A program made the translations under genes and the position numbers. From Eledone cirrhosa (taxonomy: Eukaryota), in contig OZ024740.1 of NCBI GenBank assembly GCA_964016885.1, positions 334,118,001 to 334,182,000 of the forward strand: DNA of 64,000 bases, written 5' to 3'. The stretch's first letter is position 1; each line of letters opens with the position of its first letter. Shown here one piece after another: positions 14,126-26,494 of the stretch. The notes below the pieces were generated by a model. It was not told the origin of the DNA and did not search any database. It saw only the letters and a program-made list of their open reading frames with translations.

Positions 14126-14334
14126 TGTTCAAATTTTAAGTGTCAACTCATTTGCATTTACACACACAAATCCATACACGAACACATACAAACGCACACA
14201 GGCATACATAGTAAGACATACACATACATATATGTATATATACATATTTATTTATACATATACATAAACACGGACGCTCACACACCCACTCCAAACCAAC
14301 ACACACATATATATATTTATACCTACATAAACAG

Positions 14335-14752
<418 letters not shown>

Positions 14753-15508
14753 CAAATATGTATATGAATATAAATAGTCTATTTTCCGTATATTTGAGCA
14801 ATACGATGTTTGTGGATTTGAATGAGGCACAAACGTCATATGTATGTATTATGACTCTGGACTCACTATTCATTATGACCATTTTTAACTCCTGCTCTTT
14901 AAAGTTGCCTTGGCCTAAGATATATTTTCTCTAATTGTGCGAGACATACACCTATATAGCAAAATCATTCTCCCTCCTAGGCAGCAAATTATTTCATAGT
15001 AAGAAACAGCTGTATTTACACATAAACAAGAATATCTGCTTCGCATTCATTGTACTGAAACACCTCTCCCTGAGGTACTACTTGCCCCACCCTCCACAAC
15101 AATATGCTCATCGTTTGTATTTAGCGCCAAGACATCCGTGAGAATATTTCATCGTATTCAGTTTGGGCCTGAATAAAAAAAATGTATATATGCGTACAAA
15201 GTGGCAGCACATTATAGATGGCAAAAAGCTTGTTTCACACGAGAAAGAATTTCAAATATTTCTCAGAATTATATCAACTTGTTAAGGAAAAGAAGTTTTA
15301 CCAGTTATTAAATAAACAGGTCAATACGTAAATGTACAATCATACACAATTTTAGATGGCTTATGAGAGTCATAATTTTCTCTAACAATTAACTGATCCT
15401 GTATTTCATCGACGTTTCTTTAGAAATCACCTTCACAAATAAGCTTCAGTAGAAAGCCACGTTTAGTCCCCAGTCCTCAGTGTCAGATCATACAAAAAAT
15501 GTAACATT

Positions 15509-15674
15509 ATAGGGTCGGACGCCATGCTTTCCAGCATAGTTACGTCCCTTTACGATCTGAGTTCAAATGCCACCGAGGTTGACTTTGCCTTTCATCCTTA
15601 CGGGGTCGATAAAATAAAGTACCAGTAATGCACTGGATAATTGCTGGCCTTGTGCCTAAAGTAGAAGCAATTAT
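15509..15674 (+). mobile_element. tRNA-derived SINE, 5'-truncated
   Basis: B-box-like GTTCAAAT and core GACTTTGCCTTTCATCCTTACGGGGTCGATAAAATAAAGTACCAG shared with three other copies in the window. Confidence 0.85.
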
Positions 15675-15734
15675 GTATTATATATTAGCGTGACCACATT
15701 CTCACCCCTCGCATATATATATATATATATATAA

Positions 15735-18045
15735 TTGGTTATGCACGAGTGCATTAAGGTTTTCCAGGACACAGTGTTATGTACCGTGTAGGGGAAGGTC
15801 AGCTTACAATAGAGTGGTGCTCAACGAAATGCAGAAAATAGGTGTATATTCCAGTTTAGCTACACTCCGGGGCGTGTATAAAGAATCAAAAAGAACAGAA
15901 AGATGCAGTAAAAGAGATTTATTCGGCTCTAACGTACGTTTCAATAGACATCAATTTGCCTAGATCTCACTGCATCTATAATATTATATAGTTAGTAGAG
16001 CATTCGACATCCAATGCATAATCGATTCCATATCATCAGAGATTATATTTACCGTACCAGAATGTTCAGGTTTTTATAGGAATTCATGTGAAGTTGAAGA
16101 AGAAGAAGGAGGATGTGACAAAGACGAGAGAGATAGGGGCCTTTCATGGTTGTTGATGTAAAACAGAGGGGAGGATAAAATACGATAATGAAGTCTAGAT
16201 ATGGACTAGTCCAACTGCGTGTGTGCTCGGGAGATGGTAGACGTTGATAGGTTTATGATCTATGATAGATGGAGGCAGGGGAGATTAGGCCGAGTGACTT
16301 GTAAAGTATGTAGGAGGAGATGTTGAATAGAAGGAAGATAGAGGAAAGCAGAAGTCGCAGGATCAAATCAAGCCAGGTTTGTATTTCGAGAACGTAGCCT
16401 TGAGTCTATGATTGCAATATAGAGTCCTTTCCGGTCTATTGTTGAGAAGAGTATAATTCGATTTTAGTATGTAAAATAGCTCCATATTGCATAATCGGCA
16501 GTTAGGCTTGCCTGCACGATATGCGGAAGCACAGAAAGTTTTGTCCATTTCAAAGTGTATTGCAGGTTACTTTCGCGCAACTGCCAAATTGTATTGGCTA
16601 AGGTAGTTACAGAACGGTATTTGATGTTCTTCATCGAACTACGGTGTTGGTACCAACGAGATTTAAAAGTGGTAGAGGTACAGCCGATATAGTGCCATCT
16701 CCGGTTATCCGATTCAACGGTGCATTGATACACCATATTGGATTCCATGCATTTGTTATTCAGAGGGCAACGATCAGGTAGGTTGCAGTTGCACTTATCA
16801 GCTCTTGTAGTATTATTATCTTGTACAGGTTGCGTTAGGTTTATATGTGTGTCTGCTGCAGGAAGGTTTACATTCAGTGGTTGAGAATTTGAGGAAGTGT
16901 TAATGTAGTTTGGGGTGCTTCGTGTGGATGTGCTGACTAATCGTTTTGAATGAAGTTTTTTAATAATTAGATCGAGATTGGCTGCTGTAGAATATGAAAG
17001 CTTAATGGACCTTAGATTTAGTATTTTAGCGTATCGATGTGCAGGAGGAAAATGTGTTTTGATTAAATTGAAGAAAAGTGAAGAAATTTTAGGAGATGTT
17101 GAAGGCATTGTATATTGGGTTGTACCAAAGGTAGCTACGAATCCGCTTTCTAGCTAGGTTGGATTGTGTGCTTCTATTTCGACTATGCCTGTGCGGAAAG
17201 TGTATGTTGTGTATCGTACCTATATTATTGTTTATGCTAGTGCGTTGTGAGCCCTTATTTCTATATTGGTGTGCTGGATCTATGTACTCTATGTTGCCTT
17301 GGTATCCAACCGCCTTAAGCGCGTTGTTATAGTAGTAAGCGTGCTCACTAAAGATCTGGGGGTAGATGACAGGCGTGATATTATAAGGGAGATGGCCCGA
17401 GGGATAGACCGTATAACCGAGGGTGGATGATTAGATTTATGGTCAACATACATAATATTTTCATTAGATTTATGGAATGGGCGGATTTCCCCCGTCTCTA
17501 GATTAAATGTTACATCCAAGAAATTTGTTTCAGTCAGGTTGTACTCAAAAGTAATGCTAAAACCAAGACTGTTTAAAAATTCGCTAACTTGCTTACGTAA
17601 TCTTCCTATTTTCTGGTTGTTTAGGTGTTTAGCTAAAAGGAGCGCATCGTCGCGGTAGATACCCCCTTGTAGATTGCGGAATCTTTTCTCTAGTGCTTGA
17701 GCGATGAAGATGCCCACTACGTCTGTGACTTTGGCCAAATCGTTTGAACCCATCGTGATATCAAAGAAAGATGGTCGATCTTTGCGCACCCAGTAGCTAT
17801 CATCGAACTTAATTATGGTTGATGCCTATTTCCGCGTCGGTTAGGTCAGAATTCTCTCTGGCAAATATTAGGGTCTTATGCAGGGTATCGGGTGATATGG
17901 AAGAGTAGTAGTCGTTTATGTCGAATTGGATAAATTTTGATTCATCCCTATCTTTAATATTACTAAACCAACATACCACCTCCTCAGTATTTGCCCAGAG
18001 TTTTATGCCAGTTATCCGTTTTAACTGGGGGATTACTCTATCTAA
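15735..18045 (-). mobile_element. Penelope-like element PLE-2, 5'-truncated, frameshifted
   Basis: ORF pieces 18045-17809 (QFDINDYY), 17789-17289 (GGIYRDD, FLDV, SNHP), 17108-16464 (CNCx5CPL, MVY...HYIG), 16548-16363 (CRLC, CNH); (TA)n at the 3' flank. Confidence 0.9.
15925..16043 (-). ncRNA. Type I hammerhead ribozyme with long stem II
   Basis: Minus strand TCT-CTGATGA-(~90 nt)-GAAA-CGTACG-TT-AGA, followed by AATAAA. Confidence 0.7.
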
Positions 18046-18052
18046 TATATAT

Positions 18053-20269
18053 ATAGGAACAAGTAGGACCCCGACGGCTGAGCTAAAGCCGTTTCGACGG
18101 CTAATTCTGGACAAAATGAAAATGTTTAGCTTGGTAAGTGAATAGCCGAACTTCTCAGGGGGTCATTCCATATATGGTAAAAGTGATTGTCACAAGGATT
18201 GGTCAAAAGTTTGTTGTTAAGACACATAATTCTATCATGGCATTTTGTGTAAGGTAGGGGTAGCTAAACTTGCCAGTAGAAGAAAGAGGGCGAGGGAGTG
18301 GAGGAAACCCAGTCAAGCGTTGAAAGTCAAAACTATAGCAGATTCTAATAATAGTGTATAGAAGGTCGAAAAAGTATACTAGAGAAGGTGGGGAGGGGGG
18401 TTGAAACAATAAGTAAATCTAAAGAGGAGTAAATATTAATAAATATTAAAAATGTAAAAATCAATTTCTGGTTAGTAGACCCCTTCCACAATCATCAAAT
18501 CTCTCACTGGTACTGCTAAGCTACAGAAGAGTTTAATAAGTGGGAAGGAACACTAAATACGAGATTGTAGTGAAAGAATTTTATGAGGCCATCATTACGG
18601 GGGGTCTACCACCACTACAATAGTTAGTAGTAATCGGCCAATGCTAACTTACAGTGACAGGTCAACAAGTTGAGGGCCAACACACTAAAAAAAATAAAAT
18701 AAATGATACAAAATATTAATTCAGAACCCCGAAATTAATACGAAATATTAATTCAGACTTCCGAAACGTGAATACTAATACAATATATATAGGTACTGCT
18801 ACAATACATAAATTCTAATACAATCTACATAAATACGCATACAATATATATAAAAAACTTATACAATATATATAAAAATACTGCTACAATACCTAAATTC
18901 TAATACAATCTACTCGTACAATATATATGAAAAACTAATACCAAATATTAATTCAGAATCCCCAAAAATAAATACTGATATACGAGAAACTAAAGCAAAA
19001 ATACCACTTAGAAATCTAGAAATCACGGAAATGGGGCAGCAACCAAAGAAGGGAGCAAGTATCTGGGGTCTAGCACATCTGCTATAAAAAGCGGAATCGG
19101 CCAATTCTATCATAAAATAAGGAGGGTGGGTGTACTGAGGCTACAGAGGACCGAAGGGCTGTATCGGGGTGGGCGAGAAGGTGAAAAGAAAGACGACAAA
19201 GAAGGAGATCTGGGGTGGAAGGACTAGGAAGGGATGGGGGAAGAGGAAATATAGAGGAGACGATAAAAATCTATAAATAAAGAATATATAAAAAAATAAT
19301 ATATGAGAAAGTTACGTCTACCTTTGTAAGCAGCGGCTACCCCTTACAAAGTCGGAAAGTGGGGTGTTTCAGCCCTTTTCTACCCCCCACCCCCACCCCG
19401 GTCATTATGGGGTTTGAGGGCGAGGTATGTCCTACGCAATCTGTGTTTGCATGCAGTTACCAGTTCGTCTTTCTTGTTTAGGAGTTGGTCCGTCAAAAAC
19501 AGCATTTGTAAAGTTTTCTCCGAGCATAAGATACACGGACGGCGTCCTCCCGTGTAAGAGTTGGCTCTGGACAGTAAACTTCAAGTGAGATTGTAGGTTA
19601 TATTATTATCTTGAATGTCCCAGATGTGGCCCAAAAGTGTAGTGGCATGACGCCGTGCCGGGTTTCGGAAAGTACGTCTGTGTTGGTATAGCCGGGTCTT
19701 GAAGTCACACGCGGTTAATCCTATATAAGTTTTGTTGGAGGTGTCCGTCCTCACGTCGCACTGGTAGATCACATTACGATCTCTGCATCTGTTGTCGAGG
19801 GGAAATGGATCCATCAGAACAGTTACACCTCCTGGTCGGCTCTCCAATGCTATCTAGGTTATTTCTTCCATAGGGGTTGAGTTTTTTGTTGTTAGAGGAG
19901 ACGATGTTTTGTGCAAAGTTAGGTGTAGTGCTGTAGGAGAGTTTGATGGTATTTTTGTTGATTATGTTGTGGTAGCTGTGTTGTAGTGGGAAGTGTTTTT
20001 CGATGAGCCTAAAGAAGATTTTTCCGATAGGTGTTGTCACCTCGGCATTGTGGGGAGGATTGAACCACGTTATGTTGCGTGAGCGGCGGTGTCGCCTGCT
20101 GGTTCCGCTAATGGAAGCTGGATTATAGGATATTTCCTCCCGAAAGCCACTCCGTTTGAGGGCATGGTTGTAATAAGGCGCATGTTCCTCGAATATCTGC
20201 TCATTAGCGGACAAACGTGATATGCGGAGGGAGATGTTTTTAACCAAGTTATTGGTGATGTTTCTAGGA
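18053..20269 (-). mobile_element. PLE-3 inverted arm (thumb, GIY-YIG and 3' UTR)
   Basis: Reverse complement of 21442-23567; ORFs 20247-19774 (WFNPP) and 19847-19581 (VIY...TYIG). Confidence 0.92.
18068..18163 (-). ncRNA. Hammerhead-like ribozyme, CUGAGAA core
   Basis: ACCCC-CTGAGAA-GTTCGGCTATTC...GAATTAGCCGTC-GAAA-CGGCT-TTAGCTC-AGCCG-TC-GGGGT; all three stems pair. Confidence 0.75.
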
Positions 20270-23200
20270 AAAGACTAAGATGGAGAACTTTTTTCTACGA
20301 CAGATATTGCGGCAATCAGGACTTCGATGCCAAGAAGAGATTATGATGGAATACCTACAAATCTCCCCCTCCGAGACCTATGCTCTCACTCTTCGAGAAT
20401 GGGCTTTTCCAACTGGTCAAGAGCATTTAATGCAAATCCAGACACAACAGATTGCTACAAAAACTCCGTAGCAATTTAACAGAGTATGAAAACCCCAACG
20501 ACATCATGGTGCACTCGGATAAAACTGGTAACCTCTACTTCGTCAACCCCGACATATACCACACACTGATCAGGAGCAGCCTAAACTCCACCTATAAAAA
20601 GGCTAACCACTCAAGCATCGAGGACTTAAATCGAGATGGACAACAAATTACCTCCAGCCTCGGAGTCGCCGACCGCACGGAGCCCCTAGCCGCACGGACT
20701 CCCTACTTCACACTGAAGGACCACAAATCCGACTTCCACCGTAAACCATCTATCAGGCTTATAAACCCAACGAAGTGCGACATAGGGAGAATCAGTAAAA
20801 AAAATCCTAGACTGCGTTATACCAAAAGTTAAGTAAAACGCCAGACTTAGCCTATGGGTCAACACGCAGGAAATAATCTCATGGTTCCGCAATATGGAGG
20901 ACAAACGAGACACAAAATTCATCCAGTTTGACATCGAGAATTACTATGCTTCAATTACCTTACCGCTCCTTACGGCCGCCTTGGATTTTGCCGAGACACG
21001 CGCGCCCATCACCGACCAGGAAAGAAACATCATCCTCCACGCCAGGAAGACAGTCCTACTTTTCGACAACTCCAAATGGATAAAGAGAACTCCCGATTCC
21101 CCCTTCGAAGTCAGTATGGGCGCGACTGATTCGGCTGAGGTCACAGATCTTACAGGATTATTCCTACTATTTAAACACACCGATATGTTTCCCGCATTCG
21201 GTGGAGGATTGTACCGTGATGCTGGGCTCCTTACCCTCAAAGGGTACAACCCCAGTAGTACAGACCGGTTCCGCAAACAATTAATCAGCTTCTTCCGCGA
21301 CTGGGGATTTAAAATAACCCTAGAAACGTCCCTAACCCGAGTAAACTTCCTGGAGGTTACCATTAACCTCGATAACGATCTGTACTACCCATAGAGGAAA
21401 CCAAACCACATCCTGCACTACATCCACCGCCGGTCGAACCATCCTAAAAACATCACCAATAACTTGGTTAAAAACATCTCCCTCCGCATATCTCGTTTGT
21501 CCGCTAATGAACAGATATTCGAGGAACATGCGCCTTATTACAACCAGGACCTCAAGCGGAGTGGCTTCCGGGAGGAAATATCCTATTATCTAGCTTCCAT
21601 TAGCGGAACCAGCAGGCAACACCGCCGCTCACGTAACGTAACGTAACGTGGTTCAATCCTCCCCACAATGCCGAGGTGACAACACCTATCGGGAAAATCT
21701 TCTTTAGGCTCATCGGAAAACACTTCCCACTACAACACTGCTACCACAACATAATCAACAAAAATACCATCAAACTCTCCTACAGCACCACATCTAACTT
21801 TGCACAAAACATCGTCTCCTCTAACAACAAAAAACTCAACCCCTATGGAAGAAATAACCTAGATAGCATTGGAAGCCGACCAGGAGGTGTAACTGTTCTG
21901 ATGGATCCATTTCCCCTCGACAACAGATGCAGAGATCGTAATGTGATCTACCAGTTCAACGTGAGGACGGACACCTCCAACAAAGCTTATATAGGATTAA
22001 CCACGTGTGACTTCAAGACCCAGCTATAACAACACAGACGTACTTTCCGAAACCCGGCACGGCGTCATGCCACTACACTTTCGGCCCACATCTGGGACGT
22101 TCAAGATAATAATATAACCTACAATCTCACTTGGAGTTTACTGTCGAGAGCCAACTCTTACACGGGAGGACGCCGTCTGTCTATCTTATGCTTGGAGAAA
22201 ACTTTACAAATGCTGTTTTTGACGGACCAACTCCTAAACAAGAAAGACGAACTGGTAACTGCGTGCAAACACAGACTGCGTAGGACTTACCTTGTCCTCA
22301 AACCCCATAATGACCCGGGAGGGGGGTAGACAAGGGCTGAAACATCCCACTTTCCGACTTTGTAAGGGGTAACCCCTGCTTACAAAGGTAGACATAACTT
22401 TCTTATATATAATTTTTTTATATATTCTTTTTTATATATTTTTTATCGTTAACTCTATATTTCCTTCTTCCCACCATCCCTTCCTAGTCCTTCCACCCCA
22501 GATCTCCTTCTTTGTCGGCGTTCTTTTCACCTTCTCGCCCACCCCGATGCAGCCCTTCGGTCCTCTGTAGCCTCAGTACCCCCATCCCCCTTATTTTATG
22601 ATAGAATTGGCCGATTCCGCTTTTTATAGCAGATGTGCTAGACCCCAGATACTTGCTCCCTTCTCTGGTTGCTGCTCCATTTCCGTGATTTCTAGATTTC
22701 TAAGTGGTATTTCTGCTTTAGTTTCTCGTATATCAGTATTTATTTTTGGGGATTCTGAATTAATATTTCGTATTAGTTTTTCATATATATTTTACGAGTA
22801 TTTATGTAGATTGTATTATAATTTATGTATTGTAGCAGTACTTCTATATATTGTATTAGTATTCATGTTTCGAGGGTCTGAATTAATATTTCGTATTAGT
22901 TTCGGGGTACTGAATTAATTTATCGTATCATTTATTTTTTTAATGTGTTGGCCCTCAACTTGTTGACCTGTCATTGTAAGATTGCATTGGCCGATTACTA
23001 CTAACTATTTTAGTGGTGGTAGACCCCTTGTAATGATGGCCTCATAAAATTCTTTCACTACAATCTCGTATTTAGTATTCCTTCCCACTTATTAAACTCT
23101 TCTATAGATTAGCAGTACCAGTGAGAGATTTGATGATTGTGGAAGGAGACTAGTAACCAGAAATTGTTTTTTATATTTTTTTATATATTTACTCCTCTTT

Positions 23201-23646
23201 AGATTTACTTATTGTTTCAACTCCCCCCTCCCCATCTCTAGTATACTTTTTCGCCCTTCTATACACTATCATTAGAATCTGCTGTAGATTTCACTTTCAA
23301 CGCTTGACTGGGTTTCCTCCACTCCCTCTCCCTCTTTCTTCTACTGGCAAGTTCATCTACTCATACCTTACACAAAATGCCATAATAGAAACATGTGTCT
23401 TAACAACAAACTTTTGACCAATCCTTGTGACAATCACTTTTACCATATATGGAATTACTCCCTGAGAAGTTCGGCAATTCACTTACCAGGCTAAAAATGT
23501 TCATTTAGTCCAGAATTAGCCGTCGAACCGGCTTTAGCTCAGCCGTCGGGGTCCTACTTGTTCCTATTACCCACTCTACTACCCTAAGTATTGAGTACTT
23601 TGGTGCGTTCTGGTCCATCTGGTTCCTTACCACATTTCCTTCGTTA

Positions 23647-23650
<4 letters not shown>
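20270..23650 (+). mobile_element. Penelope-like element PLE-3 (probably Nematis-type), disrupted ORF ~20270-22313
   Basis: RLRWRTFF, HSDKTGN, QFDIENYY, GGLYRDA, SNHP, WFNPP, VIY...AYIG, CKH in successive frames; 3' UTR with hammerhead; ends at (TA)n. Confidence 0.92.
23457..23552 (+). ncRNA. Hammerhead-like ribozyme, second copy (GAAA mutated to GAAC)
   Basis: ACTCC-CTGAGAA-...-GAAC-CGGCT...AGCCG-TC-GGGGT. Confidence 0.65.
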
Positions 23651-23651
<1 letters not shown>

Positions 23652-23721
<70 letters not shown>

Positions 23722-23890
23722 CTAGAACACTGGATGGTAATATCCGAAGTGATAGAGCACTCAGTCTATGAGACGAGTTACGTAGAAATGAAGTACGAGC
23801 TGAAGATTCGCTAAGGTGGAACAATTGTTCTCGATATGGTGAAGTACCTATTGTGTTACCACTTCTCTCTCCCCCCCCCCCCTCTCTCTA

Positions 23891-23975
<85 letters not shown>

Positions 23976-23994
23976 ATGATATATGTGTGTGAGT

Positions 23995-24047
<53 letters not shown>

Positions 24048-24185
24048 ACAGGTAAGTATGCTTTTGAAACAGCGAGCGAGATTGAAGAGAGAAATAGAAG
24101 CTTTCAGCGTATTTTTTACCAAAGATATTTTAGCCTGATATTGGGGTTTAGAACCCCCTAAGAAATGGAAAAAGACTAGTATTTC

Positions 24186-24272
<87 letters not shown>
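23652..24272. repeat. Microsatellite cluster (TA)n, (CT)n, (GT)n with short repeat fragments
   Basis: Visible runs; 24098-24180 matches the 10338-10428 arm. Confidence 0.9.
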
Positions 24273-24273
<1 letters not shown>

Positions 24274-24481
24274 GTTTGTCTGTATAGTAAATATATATAG
24301 TAAATAATAATACAATTCGATTCAGCCTTGTTTTTCTCTTCCAGATTGGATTTTTCAGTCAGTGATGGACTATGTCTAGAATAAAGAATATGTGAAGGGA
24401 ACAAAATCGGCCATGAAATCTTTACTGCCCGTTCCCTTGTCTTTAGATTGGAATGCCTTGGATACGTTCCCTTATTACAGA

Positions 24482-24572
24482 AATATACTGTCTGATGATA
24501 TCGAATTCCCGGTTACATGACTGAAGAATCACGTAGCCATGATCGTCATTGAAATATGTATCACTGCTGTGT
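24482..24572 (+). ncRNA. Degenerate solo hammerhead-like motif
   Basis: CTGATGA (24492-24498), inner stem GGTTACATGA/TCACGTAGCC, GAAA-TATGTA-TC (24551-24562). Confidence 0.5.
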
Positions 24573-24660
24573 TAAGAAAGGACTCATTATTGTCTAAACT
24601 GAACTTCACTTGTTCCTAAATCTCTTTCTCTCTCTCTCTCACACACACACACGCACACGC

Positions 24661-24706
<46 letters not shown>

Positions 24707-25535
24707 ACACACACACTTAGTATATATATATATACACAGGAATGTTTGGGTTAAAAGAATGTTTAGTGAGGGATGAAACCGAGAAATTCCAGAAATCATT
24801 CATTGCCAAAACGTTCAATATTTTTAACTCTTCGAAATATACCCATGAGAACATTTCGATAGCACATTTCTAGACTGTTTCGAAGTAAGACTATAATTAT
24901 CTTATTTCTTTTCCAATATAGTTGAAAATATATAAATCAATATGAAGGTTAATCATGTGAATAATATGAACGCCTATAACATATTGCAAATCATTGATAA
25001 ACGGCAATAAAATATTTAATTAATCTCAAAGGTCCTTTGATATTAAAAAATAAACATAATTCTATGGGGGTAGGAATAAAATGATAACGTTTTAAAATAT
25101 GTTACGTAGCCGAAAGAATTACACAAGAAAGTAGAGTAATAGCGTTTTTCAGTTCAATATTTGGTTAGTCTCGACCATAAATTACTTTGTATCTTTAAAA
25201 GATAAGAAATGACACCTTGTGTAATACCTGTTTATAGGCAAATGAAGTATTGAAAGCGTAGTAATTTGACGTTTTTTTATTGAGAGCAATCTCGTTACTT
25301 TCATATCATCACACATTTATGATATGGAATTAAATATATTTCAAAAGTTTTCAACATATATTTAATGTATTTCTGATATTCGAGAATATAAATTATGAAC
25401 TTATCGTAGATAGGATATTTTCGCTCTAGACGAGTATAAAAATTGAGAAAGCGACATTAATATCGAATTAATTTACATAAGTACCAATTTTATCAGGCAC
25501 AATAAACATAAATTATTCTGTTATTCGAGATATAA

Positions 25536-25549
25536 CACACACACACACA

Positions 25550-25642
<93 letters not shown>
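25536..25642. repeat. (CA)n-(TA)n microsatellite
   Basis: Visible runs. Confidence 0.96.
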
Positions 25643-25644
<2 letters not shown>

Positions 25645-26412
25645 TATATATATATATGTTATATCTCGAATGTACTCTCTATTTCGAATTTATAATCTCA
25701 AGACTTAGCCATGCGGGCTTTTATTTAATGAAAATATCATATAATAGACATCACACCATCCGGCCAGTTTTCCTCCAGTCCCTGTTCTTAACTTGTTTAC
25801 ACCTCAGTGTCTTTATTTGTCTACCCGTTAGATAACCGTCCTTACTCTCTTCTGTTTTACTCTTTCTCTCCTTTGCCTAATTATTTTTTCTTTTATTAAA
25901 CACTTTCGTACTCTATATTTAGGTAATTTTCATAAAGTCATAACTTATCTCTACCTATTTCGTTATATCACAATGTTCACTGGAATGAATGGTATGAACC
26001 CAAATAAACCGAAACCGTAATTATTTCCAAAGGATGACTAAGGCGATTGGACTGTCCATGTTTCCGGTTTTTTTTGTTTTGTTTTTTTTTGTCCATTCTC
26101 ATTGTCCTATTTTGAACATATAAGAGACGGACAATAAAATAGACATGAAATATTTTGAAAGTTTTAGTACCCACATACACTGAATCATGACACACCCAAT
26201 CTTTCATGCCAACACAATTCTATGCCAATGAAATTGTATTTTTAGAAGATAGCAATCGGATCCAGCGTTTTTTTAAAATAAAACCTTTTCCCAAAATACC
26301 AGACATACGCATGTCATTCAAACGTGAAACCGGTAAGTTATGAATAAAACATCTTAAAGACTCAAAATGTGCTTTCAACATATGTTTCGTTATAACATAT
26401 ATATATACAAAG

Positions 26413-26415
<3 letters not shown>

Positions 26416-26494
<79 letters not shown>
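26416..26494 (+). repeat. (AAT)n microsatellite, retrotransposon target
   Basis: Pure AAT run directly abutting a Dong/R4-like copy. Confidence 0.97.

Noticed and set aside
18910-19113. ORF MIELADSAFYSR, repeated at 22598-22918
   Set aside because: Lies in the duplicated PLE-3 3' UTR; lengths differ and no domain is recognisable
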